Shown one piece after another: positions 37,001 through 46,400 of a DNA stretch of 64,000 nt. The position numbers and the translations under genes were made by a program. Source of the stretch: Centroscyllium fabricii (taxonomy: Eukaryota); contig JBNRSN020000016.1 in NCBI GenBank assembly GCA_051313645.2, positions 64,790,001-64,854,000 on the forward strand, given 5' to 3'. Under the pieces are notes generated by a model. It did not search any database and was not told the origin of the DNA. It worked only from the letters and a program-made list of their open reading frames with translations. Every line of letters begins with the position of its first letter. The first letter of the stretch is position 1.

Positions 37001-40000
37001 TGCCCTTTATAAATATTGGTACCACATGGGCCTTTCCCCAGTCCATGGGAATAAGCCCAGACCTCAGTGATATATAAGCAAGCTGCTTGCAGAGCACAGC
37101 CCCCATTTATTTGAGAAATCTTGGGTGAATGGTGTCCGGGTCAGCAGCCCAATCCATTTGCGATCCTTGTTCTAGCCAGGACTATAAAATGCATCCAATT
37201 TGACATGTTCAGTTGTAGCATCAGCCCTATGTTGTATTGTTGGTAACCCAGTATCATCTTCAGTAGTCAACATTGATGCAGAGCAGCCATTTAAAACCTC
37301 TGCCACATATTGGATCCTTCAATGATTGTATACAGTGCTTAATGATCATCTGACTAAAGCTGACCTTGCTATTATTGCCAGGCCTAGCCACTGTCTTCTA
37401 CACCAGTGTCCTTTTGACTACTCGGATATCAGCTTTTATTGCTTTCAATTGAGTTTGATACATAATCCCTGTTCTCCTGAGTTATTTTCCTTATACCTGT
37501 AAAAAAAAAAAAAATTTTTAAATTCTGCATTAGTCCAAGTTGTCTTTGGAGTTGAACCAGAAACTTCTGAAGACTTGTGCTATAATTGTAGAATTAAAAG
37601 AGTAGCACTGTGATGTCCTACGAAGATTTCTCTTTTTTCCCTCATTGTGAAATGAGAAGATATTTGATGCATCTTTTGTGAAGCATTGATGCATAAATAT
37701 ATCTACGGATTGGGGTGGTTACATCTGTGCTTAGGCACCAGTTTCATCATTTGGAGTGAAATGTACCTTGCCTTTGGTTACATCATGGGTTGCACCAGCA
37801 CTGCAAATTGGGAAAGTGTGCATTCTACTGTACTGCTCTCCCAACTACAAAACATTGCATAACTCAGTTACAAAGGCAATGCCAGAGATGTGAAAAATGG
37901 AATTAAAATGGCAAATTGCATGTTTTTTATTTTATTATAGTCATATTACTACCCTGAACATTGATCAGAAGCCTGCTGTACCAACCAGCGATCCTGTAGG
38001 AGCTCCAACTCTCTGGAGTCATGGCTATTCTGAAATGGCAGGACACAGAAACAGGTAAGTAAAGTAGCACTGGGCTTGGTTACCATTTGCTCTTTTTGAG
38101 CTAAGTATTGTAAGTTCATTTGTTCATTTTCTCTCTGGTGAACTGCAAAATTTTATCCCTTTTTGTCATCGTCAACTTTCCATGGCATTTGACTTGGTTG
38201 ACTTCTCCGTCTTCCTCCTCTGCAGGAAACAGTGCATGTCTAGCTCCAGTGCTACTTGCCCAGTGGAGCTAGCTCTCTGGCAATGATCAGCATTGGAGTT
38301 CCCCAAATATCCCTATCCTTTGTCTTTCATCCTCCTTCAATTACAGGCTGACCCATGGAAACATTATTTGCAAGCATAGGGTCAGTTTCTATATGTATAC
38401 TGATGACACCCAGCCGTCCTTCACTAATTCTGTGTTGTAAGACTGATCATCAAGCCTCTGCAACCTCCTCCAGCCTACAAAATCTCCCAGAGAGGCTTCG
38501 CTTGGTGACTTTTAGTCACCAAGGTCCTATTCTCTGCAAATCCCTGCCTAAACTCCTTCATCTTGCTACTTTCATCCCTGCCTTTCAAACCCTCCTCAAA
38601 ATCTATAATTTTGACTGTGCAGTCTTTCACCTCCTAATTATACTATCGCTCTATCTATTCTCTGCTTTGTGAAGTGCCTTGCAACATCTTATTACATTAA
38701 AGATACAATACAAATGCAAGTTAAGCTATAACTGATATTTGCTGAATGAATCTTAAAGGTTACAAAGGTGAAATACATGTACATTTACCAGTGTGTCCCA
38801 GTCACCTTGTTAAATCATTGTGTACTTTAGAATTGCTAGCTGTAGATTATGCAACAAGAGTGTAAATTTTGTGTTATACTCATTCTGCTGTGACATGGAT
38901 AGGGACAGTGCATTTTGGACAAAAATAGATAATTCATGTTGCTGGAACTATTGTCAAAGTAACTAATGGTCCTGACCCCAGCAAAAACAAGAACTCTGCA
39001 AAACAAAATTCTTTGTCATGATCTCACAATGCTCGAACTCGCTGGTGGCATCTGAACAATGACCAAAAAACTAATGAATGTTAATTTAAAAAGTAATCAC
39101 TTTAGAACCATAAAAGTTTATGTCACAGAAAGAAACTATTTGTCCCATAATATCTGCGCCGCTCTTTGGTAGACAAATCTAAAACTAGTCCTACTGTTCC
39201 ACTCTTTCCCCATAGACTTGTATCTTCCTCTATTTCAAATATTTATAACATTTTCCATATACAAATTGCAATGGCCTTAACCATTCCATGCTCCAACAGT
39301 CATCTTTGTAAAGAAATTTCTCCTAAGCCTTCGTCTCAATTTCTTGTAACATTAATTGTGCCATTTCTTTGACCGTATCCATTTTGCTAAGTGTTTTTAT
39401 CAGCATGTACTTTTAAAATACATACACGCAGTGCTATCACCAGGCACTTGGTGTATTAGGCCAGGTATACCATATTGCAGATAGTGACTGGACCACTACA
39501 ATATAAATACAGCTCTTTTCTGGGTATATGAAAAATTAAAAGGAAAGAAAACACAGTTACAGCATGATAAAATTGGTAGTGAAATCACGCCACAGTAAAT
39601 ACAAATCTTATGAGAAAACAGAACAGTGGAGGCAGAAAAAATATGTGGAACATAGTTATTAGAATGGCTGGGAAACAATGGCTGCTGCTTATAAGGTTCA
39701 TGAAAGGATCTGAAAAAAATATATAAAAACTGTAAGTCACTAACTTACTGAAATGTAAAGCACTTTTCTTCCAGAATTATAAACTATTGAATAGGTTATT
39801 CTTCTTCAGAGCCAGATTTTGAAATACATTATTTTAAGTTTCTTTTGGAACCCAACCCATGCACAAGAGAAGTCAAAGCAAGCTCCCATTTTGTGGCACT
39901 GTAAATCATTAAAAAGATAAGCTTGAGTAACTTTCAATGAAACTTTTAAAGTGTTCACTGCTAAATTACCCTTTGTTTTTTTCTATGGACGTATTCAATT

Positions 40001-43000
40001 TTCATTTTGGGTGTATACACGCAGCCTTTTGAGCAGGAGAACTTTTAAAAAGAAAACACAGGCTCAAAAAAGACTTTATCTTCCAGTGTTGACAGACAGA
40101 ATACGTTACCTCACCCGACTACTGTTTTACCCTGCATGTGAGACATCAGAAATACAAATGTCCCATTTTTTGAAAAGGAGGATTGTAAATGTTACACCCC
40201 TGTTCAAAAAAGCAGAGCGGGATAAACCTGGTAACTACAATCCAAAATAAACTAGAGGAGGAATGAGGAATTTCTTCAAACACAGGGTTGTCAGGATGTG
40301 GAACGCACTACCTGAAAGGGTGCTCAAATCAGATTCCATCGTAACTTTTAAAATGCAATTGTACGAACTTAAAGAGGACTAATTTGCAGGTTTATGGGGA
40401 TAAAGCTTCCGGGTAGGACTAAATTGGACAGCTCTTTCAAAGAGTTGGCACAGGTATGACATGCCGAATGACTTCCTTCTGTGCTGTAAGATTTTATGAC
40501 TCTCGTGTAATGCTGAGTGATAACTTGCATCGTTACGTGGTGCTCACCCGAACAGTAACACCCGTGCTTTTCTAAAATCCTGGTGTCTATGTATTTTTAG
40601 TTTTATTTGGAGGTTTGTGAGTATGAAATTAATTAATAGATGCTGACAATTTTCTCCTGTGTATTGCTTCACAGTGATCTTTCTCGAGTTTTTCAAAGAA
40701 TCAGAATTGAAATAATATATTTTAGACCCTATTCGCTCTAAGCTGATTGCTATTCTGTATCTGTGTGGTTGCAAAATAAGTGCCAATAACTGTCTTTAGA
40801 CTGCTCATCCGTCCGCTTGTGATGTTCTCAGGCAATCATGAATACCAGTGGGTGTGGCAGGTATAACTGGCTCCTGCCTAGGTGGATGCACTAATGAAAA
40901 TGAATGAGGCAAAATATGAGACAAAATATCTCTGAGCTATGCAGAAAACAAGTTATAGTGAAGAGTGTATTACAAAGTGTTTCTTCTGTTTTCTATACAA
41001 CAGAGGGAACCATAAGTAATGTACGTTGTTGTCAGAAGTGGTATGTCTAGTGCTATGATTAAAATCTAGTGTACTGTATTTCCATATGTGGAGGTGCCGG
41101 TGTTGGACTGGGGTGGACAAATGCAAGAAGTCACACAACACCAGGTTATAGTCCAACAGTTTTATTTTAAATCACAAGCTTTCGGAGCTTCTGCCCCTTC
41201 GTCAGGGGCAGAAGCTCCGAAAGCTTGTGATTTAAAATAAAACTGTTGGACTATAACCTGGTGTTGTGTGACTTCTTGCGTATTTCCATATGTTATCTGA
41301 TCAGACATGCGTTGGTCTCCTTGGAATTTGTGTTAGGATAAATACTGTATGATGCAACAGAAATGTAAAGTGGTAAAGAGTAGCTGTTCAGATTGAAGGA
41401 AGGTAGAAAGTGGTGGTCCACAAGGATCAGTGCTGGCACCACTGTTCATAATTTACATTAACGATTTGGACTTCGGAATAAGTAACTCAGTATCAAAGCT
41501 TGCAGATGATACCAAACTGGGGCATATATCTAACACTGAGGAAGCATGCAACATAATACAAGAAAACATTAGAAAACTTGCAGACTGGGCAGTTAAGTGG
41601 CAAATTACCTAACATATATAAATGTGAGGTGATGCACTTTAGTAGGAAAAACAGAAACATCACCTGCACCTTAGTAAATAAGAAACCAAATGTGTAGAGG
41701 AGCAAAACAATCTAGGGATACAAGTGAACAAATCATTAAAAGCAGTATTGCAGGTAAGCAAAGCAATTAAAAATGCTAACAAAGCACTATGATTTATTTT
41801 CAGGGGTATAGAATTCAAAAATAGTGAAGTTATGTTAAACAGGTATAGAACCCTGGTCAGGCCACAGTTACTGTGCACAGTTCTGGTCTCCATACTATAA
41901 AAAGGACAGAAACACTGGAGAAAATGCTAAAATGATTTACAAGGATGGTACCAAAACTGAGAGATTACAGCTATCGGGAAAGATTGAACCGATTGGGGCT
42001 TTTTTCTTTGGAAAAGAGCAGACTTAGAGGAGACCTAACAGGTCTTTAAAATGATGAATGGGGAGAATGATGTGGGGAGAATGGGAAAATCCCAAACTAG
42101 GGGCCATAAATGCAAGATAGTTACTAATAAATCCATTAGGGAAAAAAGGAAACATTTCTTTACTCGGAATGGTTAGAATGTGGAACTCACTACTACAGGA
42201 AGTGGTTAAGATGAATAGCTTAGATGCTTTAAAAAGGAAACTAGACGAGTACACGAGAGAAAAGGGAACAGAAAGAATTGCTGAAAGGCTGAAAATAGGT
42301 GGATGGAATAGGAGGAGACTCGTATGAAGTATAAACACCAGCGCAGACTAGTTGGGCTGAATGGCCTGTTTCTGTGCTGTATATTCTGTGATTATTTGTA
42401 AATGTGCTTTGTTATCTTAATGGAGTAGAGGTTAGTTAAATACAATTAATAAATCAAAGCCTAAATAGTCTTTGGGAGAAATGGGATTCTGACCAGTTCA
42501 ACGTATGCCAGATCACATTTATGTTGCAATATGTCAGCATGTGAGACATGCTGGCTTTTCACTCTTTCCTCATGGATTGGCCTAAATTCAAACTCACTCT
42601 TAAACATATATTTTGGGTTTTCCAGACTCTGTCTTTCAGTTCTTGCCCTAGATAGCTTTGGAGATAACCTGGAAGCGTTGTACGGTGTATTTGATGGAGA
42701 CAAGAACATGGAAATTCCTCGTTTGTTGCAGTGCACTGTAGGAGATGTGTTGGCAGAAGAATTGCAGCAATCCAACGTGGACAGTGTTTACATGACCCAC
42801 ACGTTCCTCGTCTCTCACAGGTGAGAAAGCTGCCGTTAGAGTATGAAACCAGATTCCAACTGTTCCACATACTTAAATGGAGAAGTCTTTCTTATCATGA
42901 AATATTCTTCATCCATAATCTTCAAAAATGAATCTTGTGTACATAAAGGCCAATTATCATTTTGCATATAATGTGCCAAAGATGTGGGTTGGTTAACACT

Positions 43001-46000
43001 GGCAAGTTGGAATATTACCACAGAGCAGTTGCAGAAGCAGGGCAGCAAACAGGGCTGTTCATGTAATGAAATATAATGGAAGACAGTCCTGTTGTACCAT
43101 ATTTATATAATGCCCATTGATCTATTACACCAGCCAGCTTGCCATTCATGCAACTGTTGATTAGAATCCCAGTTATGGCCGACACAATAATGTACAGAGT
43201 AACTGATTTTTTTAGCCAGAGTTCAAGATGCCAGAAGAGGGGGTTGGGACTTGGTGCTTTTTGTTTCTAAATATATATATTCCATCTATCTCACCTGGTA
43301 TGTATTTGGATGAATGGATCACTTTTTTAACTGCTGGAAGATGTTTAGAGGTGAGTGGTTGGGAGGATAAGGGAACAGAGAACAAAGTTGGGAAAAATGA
43401 GCTTTCAAATTGACATGCGATGTGCTGAGATCTTGATTCAACAATCAAGTAATGATATAGAAATATAACCACTTGATATGATATTCTTTGAAGCACTAAT
43501 TGAATTTAGATCACAAATTCCTCTTCCTCCACTCCCAGCACAGTTTTCACCAGGCCATGGTGGTCGGCAGAGAACTTGCTCCTTGATGCAGGCTCTCTAA
43601 TTATGTGTGACTTCTCTAATTATGCTGTTCTGGAACCCCTCACTCGGAGGTTGTGCCCTGGCAATGACTCTTTCTCTATTCCTTGTGTGGAGGTGGTAAA
43701 TGGAAATAAGAAACTTTCCGAACGAGTAGAGCTAGCATTGTAAACTCAGTAAAATAGGGGATTGATCTGACTCTCAACTACACCTGTTGGTGTTTCCCAC
43801 CTCTGTTTTGATACTCCAGTGTACTTTATCCTTAACTTTTAATCAGTTTAATTAGTTGGGCGATGAGATGAAATATCATTGCAGTTTATTAGCCTTTCCA
43901 AGATCATGTCTCTGTATTGATCTAATTTTATGCTTACTTCATCTTGATTTTTTTCTTTCTCGATTTAAGTTTACCTAATTAGGATATTATTGTATCTCAT
44001 AACAAAATAACTACAGGTTGAGCACCGTTAATCCGGACACCGTTTGTCCGGCAACTTCAAACGTCCGGCACGAATCTGGCCGACTGGTGCGCGCATGCGC
44101 AAAATGGTGGCTGCGCATGCCCGGGCCTCTGCCTGACTGTCCTGCATATGCGCAATATGGCCGCCGTGCGTGGCTGCACATGCCCAGGCCTCCCCGATTG
44201 GTCTGCACATGCGCAATATGGCCGCCACGTGTAGCTGCGCATGCCCGGGCTTCCCCAATTGGTCTGCGCATGCACAATATGGCTGTCGCGCTTGGCTGCG
44301 CATGCCCGGGGGTCTCGGCGAGCACATGCGCAGACCATTCAAAATTTTGCGGCGGCCATTTTGAATGCTATGCGCTCGCCGAACTTCAATCATTCGGAGT
44401 TTTCAAAAATTCGGCACGGCCCTGGTCCCAACCATGCCGGATTAACGATGCTCAACCTGCACTGTATCACTGAACCCAAAGCCTGGTTTTAAGGTAGGAA
44501 ATCTAATGCAGAAATTAGTGCAGTTGTCCCAGTAACACTTTTTATTTACTTCCTTTGTTTTTAAGAAAACTGGGAATGGTGGGACAGAAGTTGGGCTCTT
44601 CGACTGTGTTGTGTCACATTCGCCATGATCCCAGTGACCATAGCGGCTACTTCACTCTTACGGTGGCCAACGTGGGCAATAGCCAAGTAGTGTTATGTAG
44701 AGGTGGACAGGCGTTGCCACTTTCAAAAGTGTTCAGTCTTGAGCAATGTTTTGAAGAACTGGAAAGAGTCAAACAACAAAAAGCCATTATAACTGAGGTA
44801 GGATCCAGCATTTCACTAATTTTTTGCCTGCGCCAACTAAGTTACTGATGTAGATACCCATTTGCTGATGTTGGAATCTGTATTACATATTTTAATGTTT
44901 CTATCCAAAATGCTGTGTTATATAATGCCATAAAGTACAACAGTCTTGCAGTATTTATGCAGTTTTTAATATCTTCTGAATTGTGTTGGATATTCTGCTA
45001 TCTTGTTTTATTAATAGTAAAAATACTATAGCTGACATATATTTGTTTATTTTCTTTAGGACAATAAAGTAAATGGTGTTACTTGTTGTACACGTCTGTT
45101 GGGCTGCACTTACCTCTTCCCATGGATCCTTCCAAGACCCCATGTTCACACTATACCACTTACTGCTCAGGATGAATTCCTTATCCTGGGCAACAAGACG
45201 CTCTGGGAAAATTTGTCCTATGCTGAGGCAATAGAAGCTGTTCGGAATGTGCCTGATCCTTTAGCTGCAGCTAAGAAACTTTGCACGCTTACCCAGAGCT
45301 ACGGTTGCCATGATAATGTTGGGGCTGTGGTGGTGTACTTGAGTATCGGGGAAGACAACTGTACATGTGAGGTACATGGAGTTCCATTACCTAATCCAGG
45401 TGTATTTGCCCCTGTTAACATGATAGTAAAAGATAGTGCCCACTATTCTGTCACCCCATCATCTAGTAGTGGTATAGCATCTGAGTTTAACAGTGAGATG
45501 TCTGCATCTGAAGTGAGCAGTGAGGTGGGATCTACAGCATCAGATGAGCAGCCAGCCACAAGCCTGGAAGCTGGTACAGTCCCTCGTTCCGAACGTCGCT
45601 GCAGCCTCCATCCAAGCAATTCCACTAGTATTTTCCAGCGACAACTTTCCAGTGCAACATTCTCCAGCAACCACTCAGATAATGGCCTTGATAGTGATGA
45701 TGACCAACCAGTAGAAGGGGTAATCTCTAATGGCAGCAAACTGGAAGTAGAGGTGGACATCCATTGTTTCCAGTTCAAAGTTTCAGGAAACTCCACTGTT
45801 CCACAAGCTCGTGATGAGGGATTGTTTGTTAGCATGTCTGAGAATGACAGTCCAGGGACTTATTTAAAGGTACAGAGACAAAACGGAATCAACAGTGGGT
45901 CATTGTTAACGATTAACAAGGCAGGAAGTGATCTGAAGAAGTCCTCATCTGCATCAAACCTGCAGGGTAAGAAATTTTCAAATGGATCTGTGGTCCCTCT

Positions 46001-46229
46001 TGAAAAAAGCCACAATATTATTGAAGTGGCTGCAGAGGCACCAAAGAAAAAATGTGGATATTTTGCAGCACCTGCACAGCCAGACCCAGAGGACCAGCTA
46101 ATTGTGCCACCAGACCTGGAAGAGGAGGTGAAAGAGCAAATGAAACAGCATCCGGATCCTGTTTCAGAAGCTGAATCGGAGAGAGACAACAGATTTACCC
46201 AACAGGAGGTCTATGACACAGCACTGTAA
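9858..46229 (+). CDS. PHLPP2: PH domain and leucine-rich repeat protein phosphatase 2, 3' 13 coding exons (5' exons outside window)
   Basis: Exons of 147,231,203,61,96,156,201,163,131,114,195,232,1170 nt splice into one frame with consistent phases. The translation follows vertebrate PHLPP2 as I recall it ([61 protein letters not shown]). It ends in DTAL* (PHLPP1 ends DTPL). Confidence 0.96.
10470..10830 (-). mobile_element. CR1 3' fragment
   Basis: [17 protein letters not shown] on minus strand plus tail. Confidence 0.85.
11099..11329 (+). CDS. PHLPP2: PHLPP2 exon (LRR), 231 nt, phase 2-2
   Basis: ttccaag|TCTT...CTCAG|gtaaga; [32 protein letters not shown]...HIKHLDLR. Confidence 0.94.
11896..13430 (-). 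mobile_element. CR1 RT domain + 3' end, relatively intact
   Basis: 275-aa and 173-aa ORFs: [51 protein letters not shown]. Confidence 0.95.
14012..14036 (+). repeat. G25 homopolymer
   Basis: 25 consecutive G, flanked by further G runs (atgggga, taggggg). Confidence 0.9.
14100..14620 (-). mobile_element. Old CR1 fragment
   Basis: Degenerate cccaaaactgagctcagtactccagatggggtct, cacatttccccacattgaactccatctgcca. Confidence 0.7.
14700..15670 (+). mobile_element. L2 LINE 3' fragment (degenerate)
   Basis: [11 protein letters not shown] (decayed YADDTQLY); tail tgtgaagtgcctt...tataaatgcaagt. Confidence 0.75.
15810..16165 (+). mobile_element. L2 3' fragment
   Basis: ctctggaattccctccctaa...gctcctgtgaaatgctttgggatgttt. 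Confidence 0.7.
16509..16893. mobile_element. Tc1/mariner (Tigger/pogo-like) MITE
   Basis: TA|caggtccgacgccgttaatc ... gattaacggtgccggacctg|TA; internal ~61-bp repeats with TGCGCATGCGCA. Confidence 0.85.
17768..18090 (+). repeat. 17-18 bp minisatellite (ccctatctgtcccc/a-ccg) split by the solo LTR
   Basis: About 2 units before 17802 and about 4 units after 18017. Confidence 0.85.
17802..18017 (+). mobile_element. Short solo LTR (216 bp), probably Gypsy/BEL-type
   Basis: TG...CA ends (tgtggtaat / attacatca), 5-bp TSD CACCC, internal TATAAATA followed by ATTAAA. Confidence 0.75.
18583..18628 (+). repeat. 23-bp tandem duplication
   Basis: acattttaggacattgcgatgct / acattttaggacattgcgctgct. Confidence 0.85.
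19700..20168 (+). mobile_element. Deu-domain SINE (SacSINE1/AmnSINE-like) with L2-type tail
   Basis: Deu core aagatcccgtggcactattcaaagagg...ggtgtcctgg; tail ttggctgtgaagg...tataaatggaagtt. Confidence 0.75.
20882..21084 (+). CDS. PHLPP2: PHLPP2 exon (LRR), 203 nt
   Basis: ttattag|GTTG...AATC|gtaagt; [28 protein letters not shown]...[13 protein letters not shown]. Confidence 0.95.
21770..21830 (+). CDS. PHLPP2: PHLPP2 exon (LRR), 61 nt
   Basis: gtttag|AGTTG...TCGAG|gtaggt; [21 protein letters not shown], phase-compatible with both neighbours. Confidence 0.92.
22018..22113 (+). CDS. PHLPP2: PHLPP2 exon (LRR), 96 nt
   Basis: ctatag|GAAC...ATGAG|gtggga; [31 protein letters not shown]. Confidence 0.94.
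22273..22674. mobile_element. Tigger-like MITE containing a 21-bp minisatellite
   Basis: TA|caggtacacaatccctt ... aagggttgtgtacctg|TA. Confidence 0.85.
22432..22528 (+). repeat. 21-bp tandem repeat cggccggtctccccctgcaag, about 4.5 copies
   Basis: Directly visible. Confidence 0.9.
22800..23115 (+). mobile_element. Degenerate Deu-domain SINE
   Basis: ataatctaggctgac...ggtgtcctggccaaaat..cctcaaccaa, shared with the 19700 and 23693 copies. Confidence 0.55.
23303..23582 (+). mobile_element. V-SINE (HE1-like) with CR1-type 3' tail, head truncated
   Basis: V-domain gtggagtttgcatgctctccccgtg...gggtttcctccgggtactccggtttcctcccac; tail gatcagccatgatc...gaatggcctac. Confidence 0.85.
23693..24143 (-). 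mobile_element. Deu-domain SINE, well preserved
   Basis: Minus strand gtggacgtaaaggatcccatggcactattc; tRNA-like head at about 24060-24143; L2 tail at about 23693-23760. Confidence 0.8.
24160..25672 (+). mobile_element. Penelope-like element, 5'-truncated: RT C-terminus + GIY-YIG endonuclease + 3' pLTR region
   Basis: [15 protein letters not shown] (decayed YIDDIF), [45 protein letters not shown]; two frameshifts; stop at 25332. Confidence 0.92.
25548..25584 (+). ncRNA. Minimal type I hammerhead ribozyme motif (G8 decayed to A) in Penelope 3' region
   Basis: tcac-CTGACAA-A-GGAGC-AAC-GCTCC-GAAA-GC-T-T-gtg. Confidence 0.6.
26281..26500 (-). mobile_element. V-SINE 5' part (tRNA head + V-domain)
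   Basis: Minus strand tggtggcgcaatggttagcac (A box)...gggttcgaatcc (B box)...gtggagtttgcatgttctccccgtg. Confidence 0.88.
26575..26958 (+). mobile_element. Ancient SINE-like repeat, family not recognised by name
   Basis: Shares tgctacaattgg, ccaaggttcctgctcctg, tggacagagtac and a cttcagga(t/g)aggagggg end with 32580-32945, 53290-53650 and 60290-60610. Confidence 0.6.
27048..27203 (+). CDS. PHLPP2: PHLPP2 exon (LRR), 156 nt
   Basis: ctgcag|ATTA...TTGAA|gtaagt; [51 protein letters not shown]. Confidence 0.95.
28389..28490 (+). mobile_element. Short Penelope-derived repeat with hammerhead motif
   Basis: gtt-CTGATGA-A-TAGTC-ATC-GACCT-GAAA-CG-T-T-aac followed by ctctctccacagatgctgcctgacctgctgagtatttccagca. 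Confidence 0.75.
28500..28983 (-). mobile_element. tRNA-derived SINE with LINE-derived tail
   Basis: Minus-strand head gcagtggcgtagtggtta...gggttcaaatccc; tail tagggatgggca shared with adjacent LINE 3' end. Confidence 0.75.
28985..29440 (+). mobile_element. CR1-group LINE 3' end (second family)
   Basis: atccaggacaaagcagtccacttgattggc...[13 protein letters not shown]...tagggatgggca. Confidence 0.75.
29502..29702 (+). CDS. PHLPP2: PHLPP2 exon (LRR), 201 nt
   Basis: ttttag|CTTG...GCCAG|gtaaag; [15 protein letters not shown]...[12 protein letters not shown]. Confidence 0.95.
29874..32525 (+). mobile_element. CR1 with ORF1 esterase remnant, internal deletion of the endonuclease, RT and 3' UTR
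   Basis: [31 protein letters not shown] (SGNH esterase); jump at A-run about 30425-30433 into ORF2; [18 protein letters not shown]; complete tail. Confidence 0.93.
33465..33905 (-). mobile_element. CR1 3' end
   Basis: [22 protein letters not shown]; tail gaacataagaaacagg. Confidence 0.9.
34377..34539 (+). CDS. PHLPP2: PHLPP2 exon (LRR), 163 nt
   Basis: cttcag|TAAG...ATCAAG|gtgcaa; [54 protein letters not shown]. Confidence 0.93.
35650..35780 (+). CDS. PHLPP2: PHLPP2 exon (LRR), 131 nt
   Basis: ttttag|CTAG...TTCAG|gtaggt; [43 protein letters not shown]. Confidence 0.94.
35836..36630 (-). mobile_element. Penelope-derived 3' repeat (degenerate hammerhead) split by a solo LTR
   Basis: Similar to 62060-62305; core reads CTGTTGA...GAAACATT; element continues after 36540. 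Confidence 0.65.
36043..36535 (-). mobile_element. Solo LTR (493 bp), ERV-like
   Basis: Perfect terminal IR TGAAGTA...TACTTCA, 5-bp TSD ATAAC; minus-strand TATAAA (about 36215-36220) then AATAAA (about 36140-36145). Confidence 0.85.
36720..37500 (-). mobile_element. Old CR1 ORF2 fragment
   Basis: [32 protein letters not shown] on minus strand. Confidence 0.7.
37941..38054 (+). CDS. PHLPP2: PHLPP2 exon (LRR to PP2C junction), 114 nt
   Basis: ttatag|TCAT...AACAG|gtaagt; [37 protein letters not shown]. Confidence 0.95.
40178..40500 (+). mobile_element. CR1 deleted remnant
   Basis: [16 protein letters not shown] fused to 3' end (gggttgtcaggatgtggaac...ttctgtgctgtaa). Confidence 0.7.
41086..41279. 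mobile_element. Penelope pLTR fold-back insertion (perfect inverted repeat)
   Basis: Arms 41123-41198 and 41204-41279 are exact reverse complements; 14-bp TSD gtatttccatatgt at 41076-41089 and 41280-41293. Confidence 0.9.
41365..42390 (+). mobile_element. Older CR1 RT C-terminus + 3' end
   Basis: [20 protein letters not shown]; tail ggctgaatggcctgtttctgtgctgta. Confidence 0.88.
42626..42820 (+). CDS. PHLPP2: PHLPP2 exon (PP2C-like domain), 195 nt
   Basis: ttccag|ACTC...CACAG|gtgaga; [48 protein letters not shown]...FLVSH. Confidence 0.96.
44014..44459. mobile_element. Tigger-like MITE, same family as 16509-16893, opposite orientation
   Basis: TA|caggttgagcaccgttaatccgg ... ccggattaacgatgctcaacctg; internal ~61-bp GCGCATGC repeats. 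Confidence 0.85.
44566..44797 (+). CDS. PHLPP2: PHLPP2 exon (PP2C-like domain), 232 nt
   Basis: tttaag|AAAA...ACTGAG|gtagga; [19 protein letters not shown]...[16 protein letters not shown]...KAIITE. Confidence 0.95.
45060..46229 (+). CDS. PHLPP2: PHLPP2 terminal coding exon (PP2C C-terminus, Ser-rich tail, PDZ ligand)
   Basis: ctttag|GACAAT...; [22 protein letters not shown]...[11 protein letters not shown]...YDTAL*, TAA ends at 46229. Confidence 0.97.
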   Translation, partial: DNKVNGVTCCTRLLGCTYLFPWILPRPHVHTIPLTAQDEFLILGNKTLWENLSYAEAIEAVRNVPDPLAAAKKLCTLTQSYGCHDNVGAVVVYLSIGEDNCTCEVHGVPLPNPGVFAPVNMIVKDSAHYSVTPSSSSGIASEFNSEMSASEVSSEVGSTASDEQPATSLEAGTVPRSERRCSLHPSNSTSIFQRQLSSATFSSNHSDNGLDSDDDQPVEGVISNGSKLEVEVDIHCFQFKVSGNSTVPQARDEGLFVSMSENDSPGTYLKVQRQNGINSGSLLTINKAGSDLKKSSSASNLQGKKFSNGSVVPLEKSHNIIEVAAEAPKKKCGYFAAPAQPDPEDQLIVPPDLEEEVKEQMKQHPDPVSEAESERDNRFTQQEVYDTAL

Positions 46230-46400
46230 CAGTCTTCTGGCAATGGAACGTCTACTATTCATACATTTCAAAATGGGGGTTAGGATAGTACTATATTAAA
46301 TATCTCTTGTACAAAAGATAATCACACCAACTCTAAAGAATATTATTTAAATTGTACATAAATTAAATAGATTTCAAGATGCTTCAGTATATGTCAGAAA
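46230..46400 (+). promoter_or_regulatory. Proximal PHLPP2 3' UTR with candidate elements
   Basis: ATTAAA at 46295-46300 and 46362-46367; Pumilio-type TGTACATA at 46353-46360. The true 3' end cannot be determined from sequence alone. Confidence 0.35.

Noticed and set aside
44011-44492. Cluster of overlapping ORFs (also at 16426-16986 and 47247-47860)
   Set aside because: GC-rich MITE interiors with few stop codons and no recognisable domain.
45443-46189. Antisense Ser-rich ORFs
   Set aside because: Shadow frames of the PHLPP2 terminal exon.
45099-46229. Stand-alone 376-aa intronless gene, or PHLPP1
   Set aside because: It is the terminal exon (acceptor ends at 45059, and the ORF track start is a TTG). 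The DTAL end and EQMKQH motif match PHLPP2, not PHLPP1.
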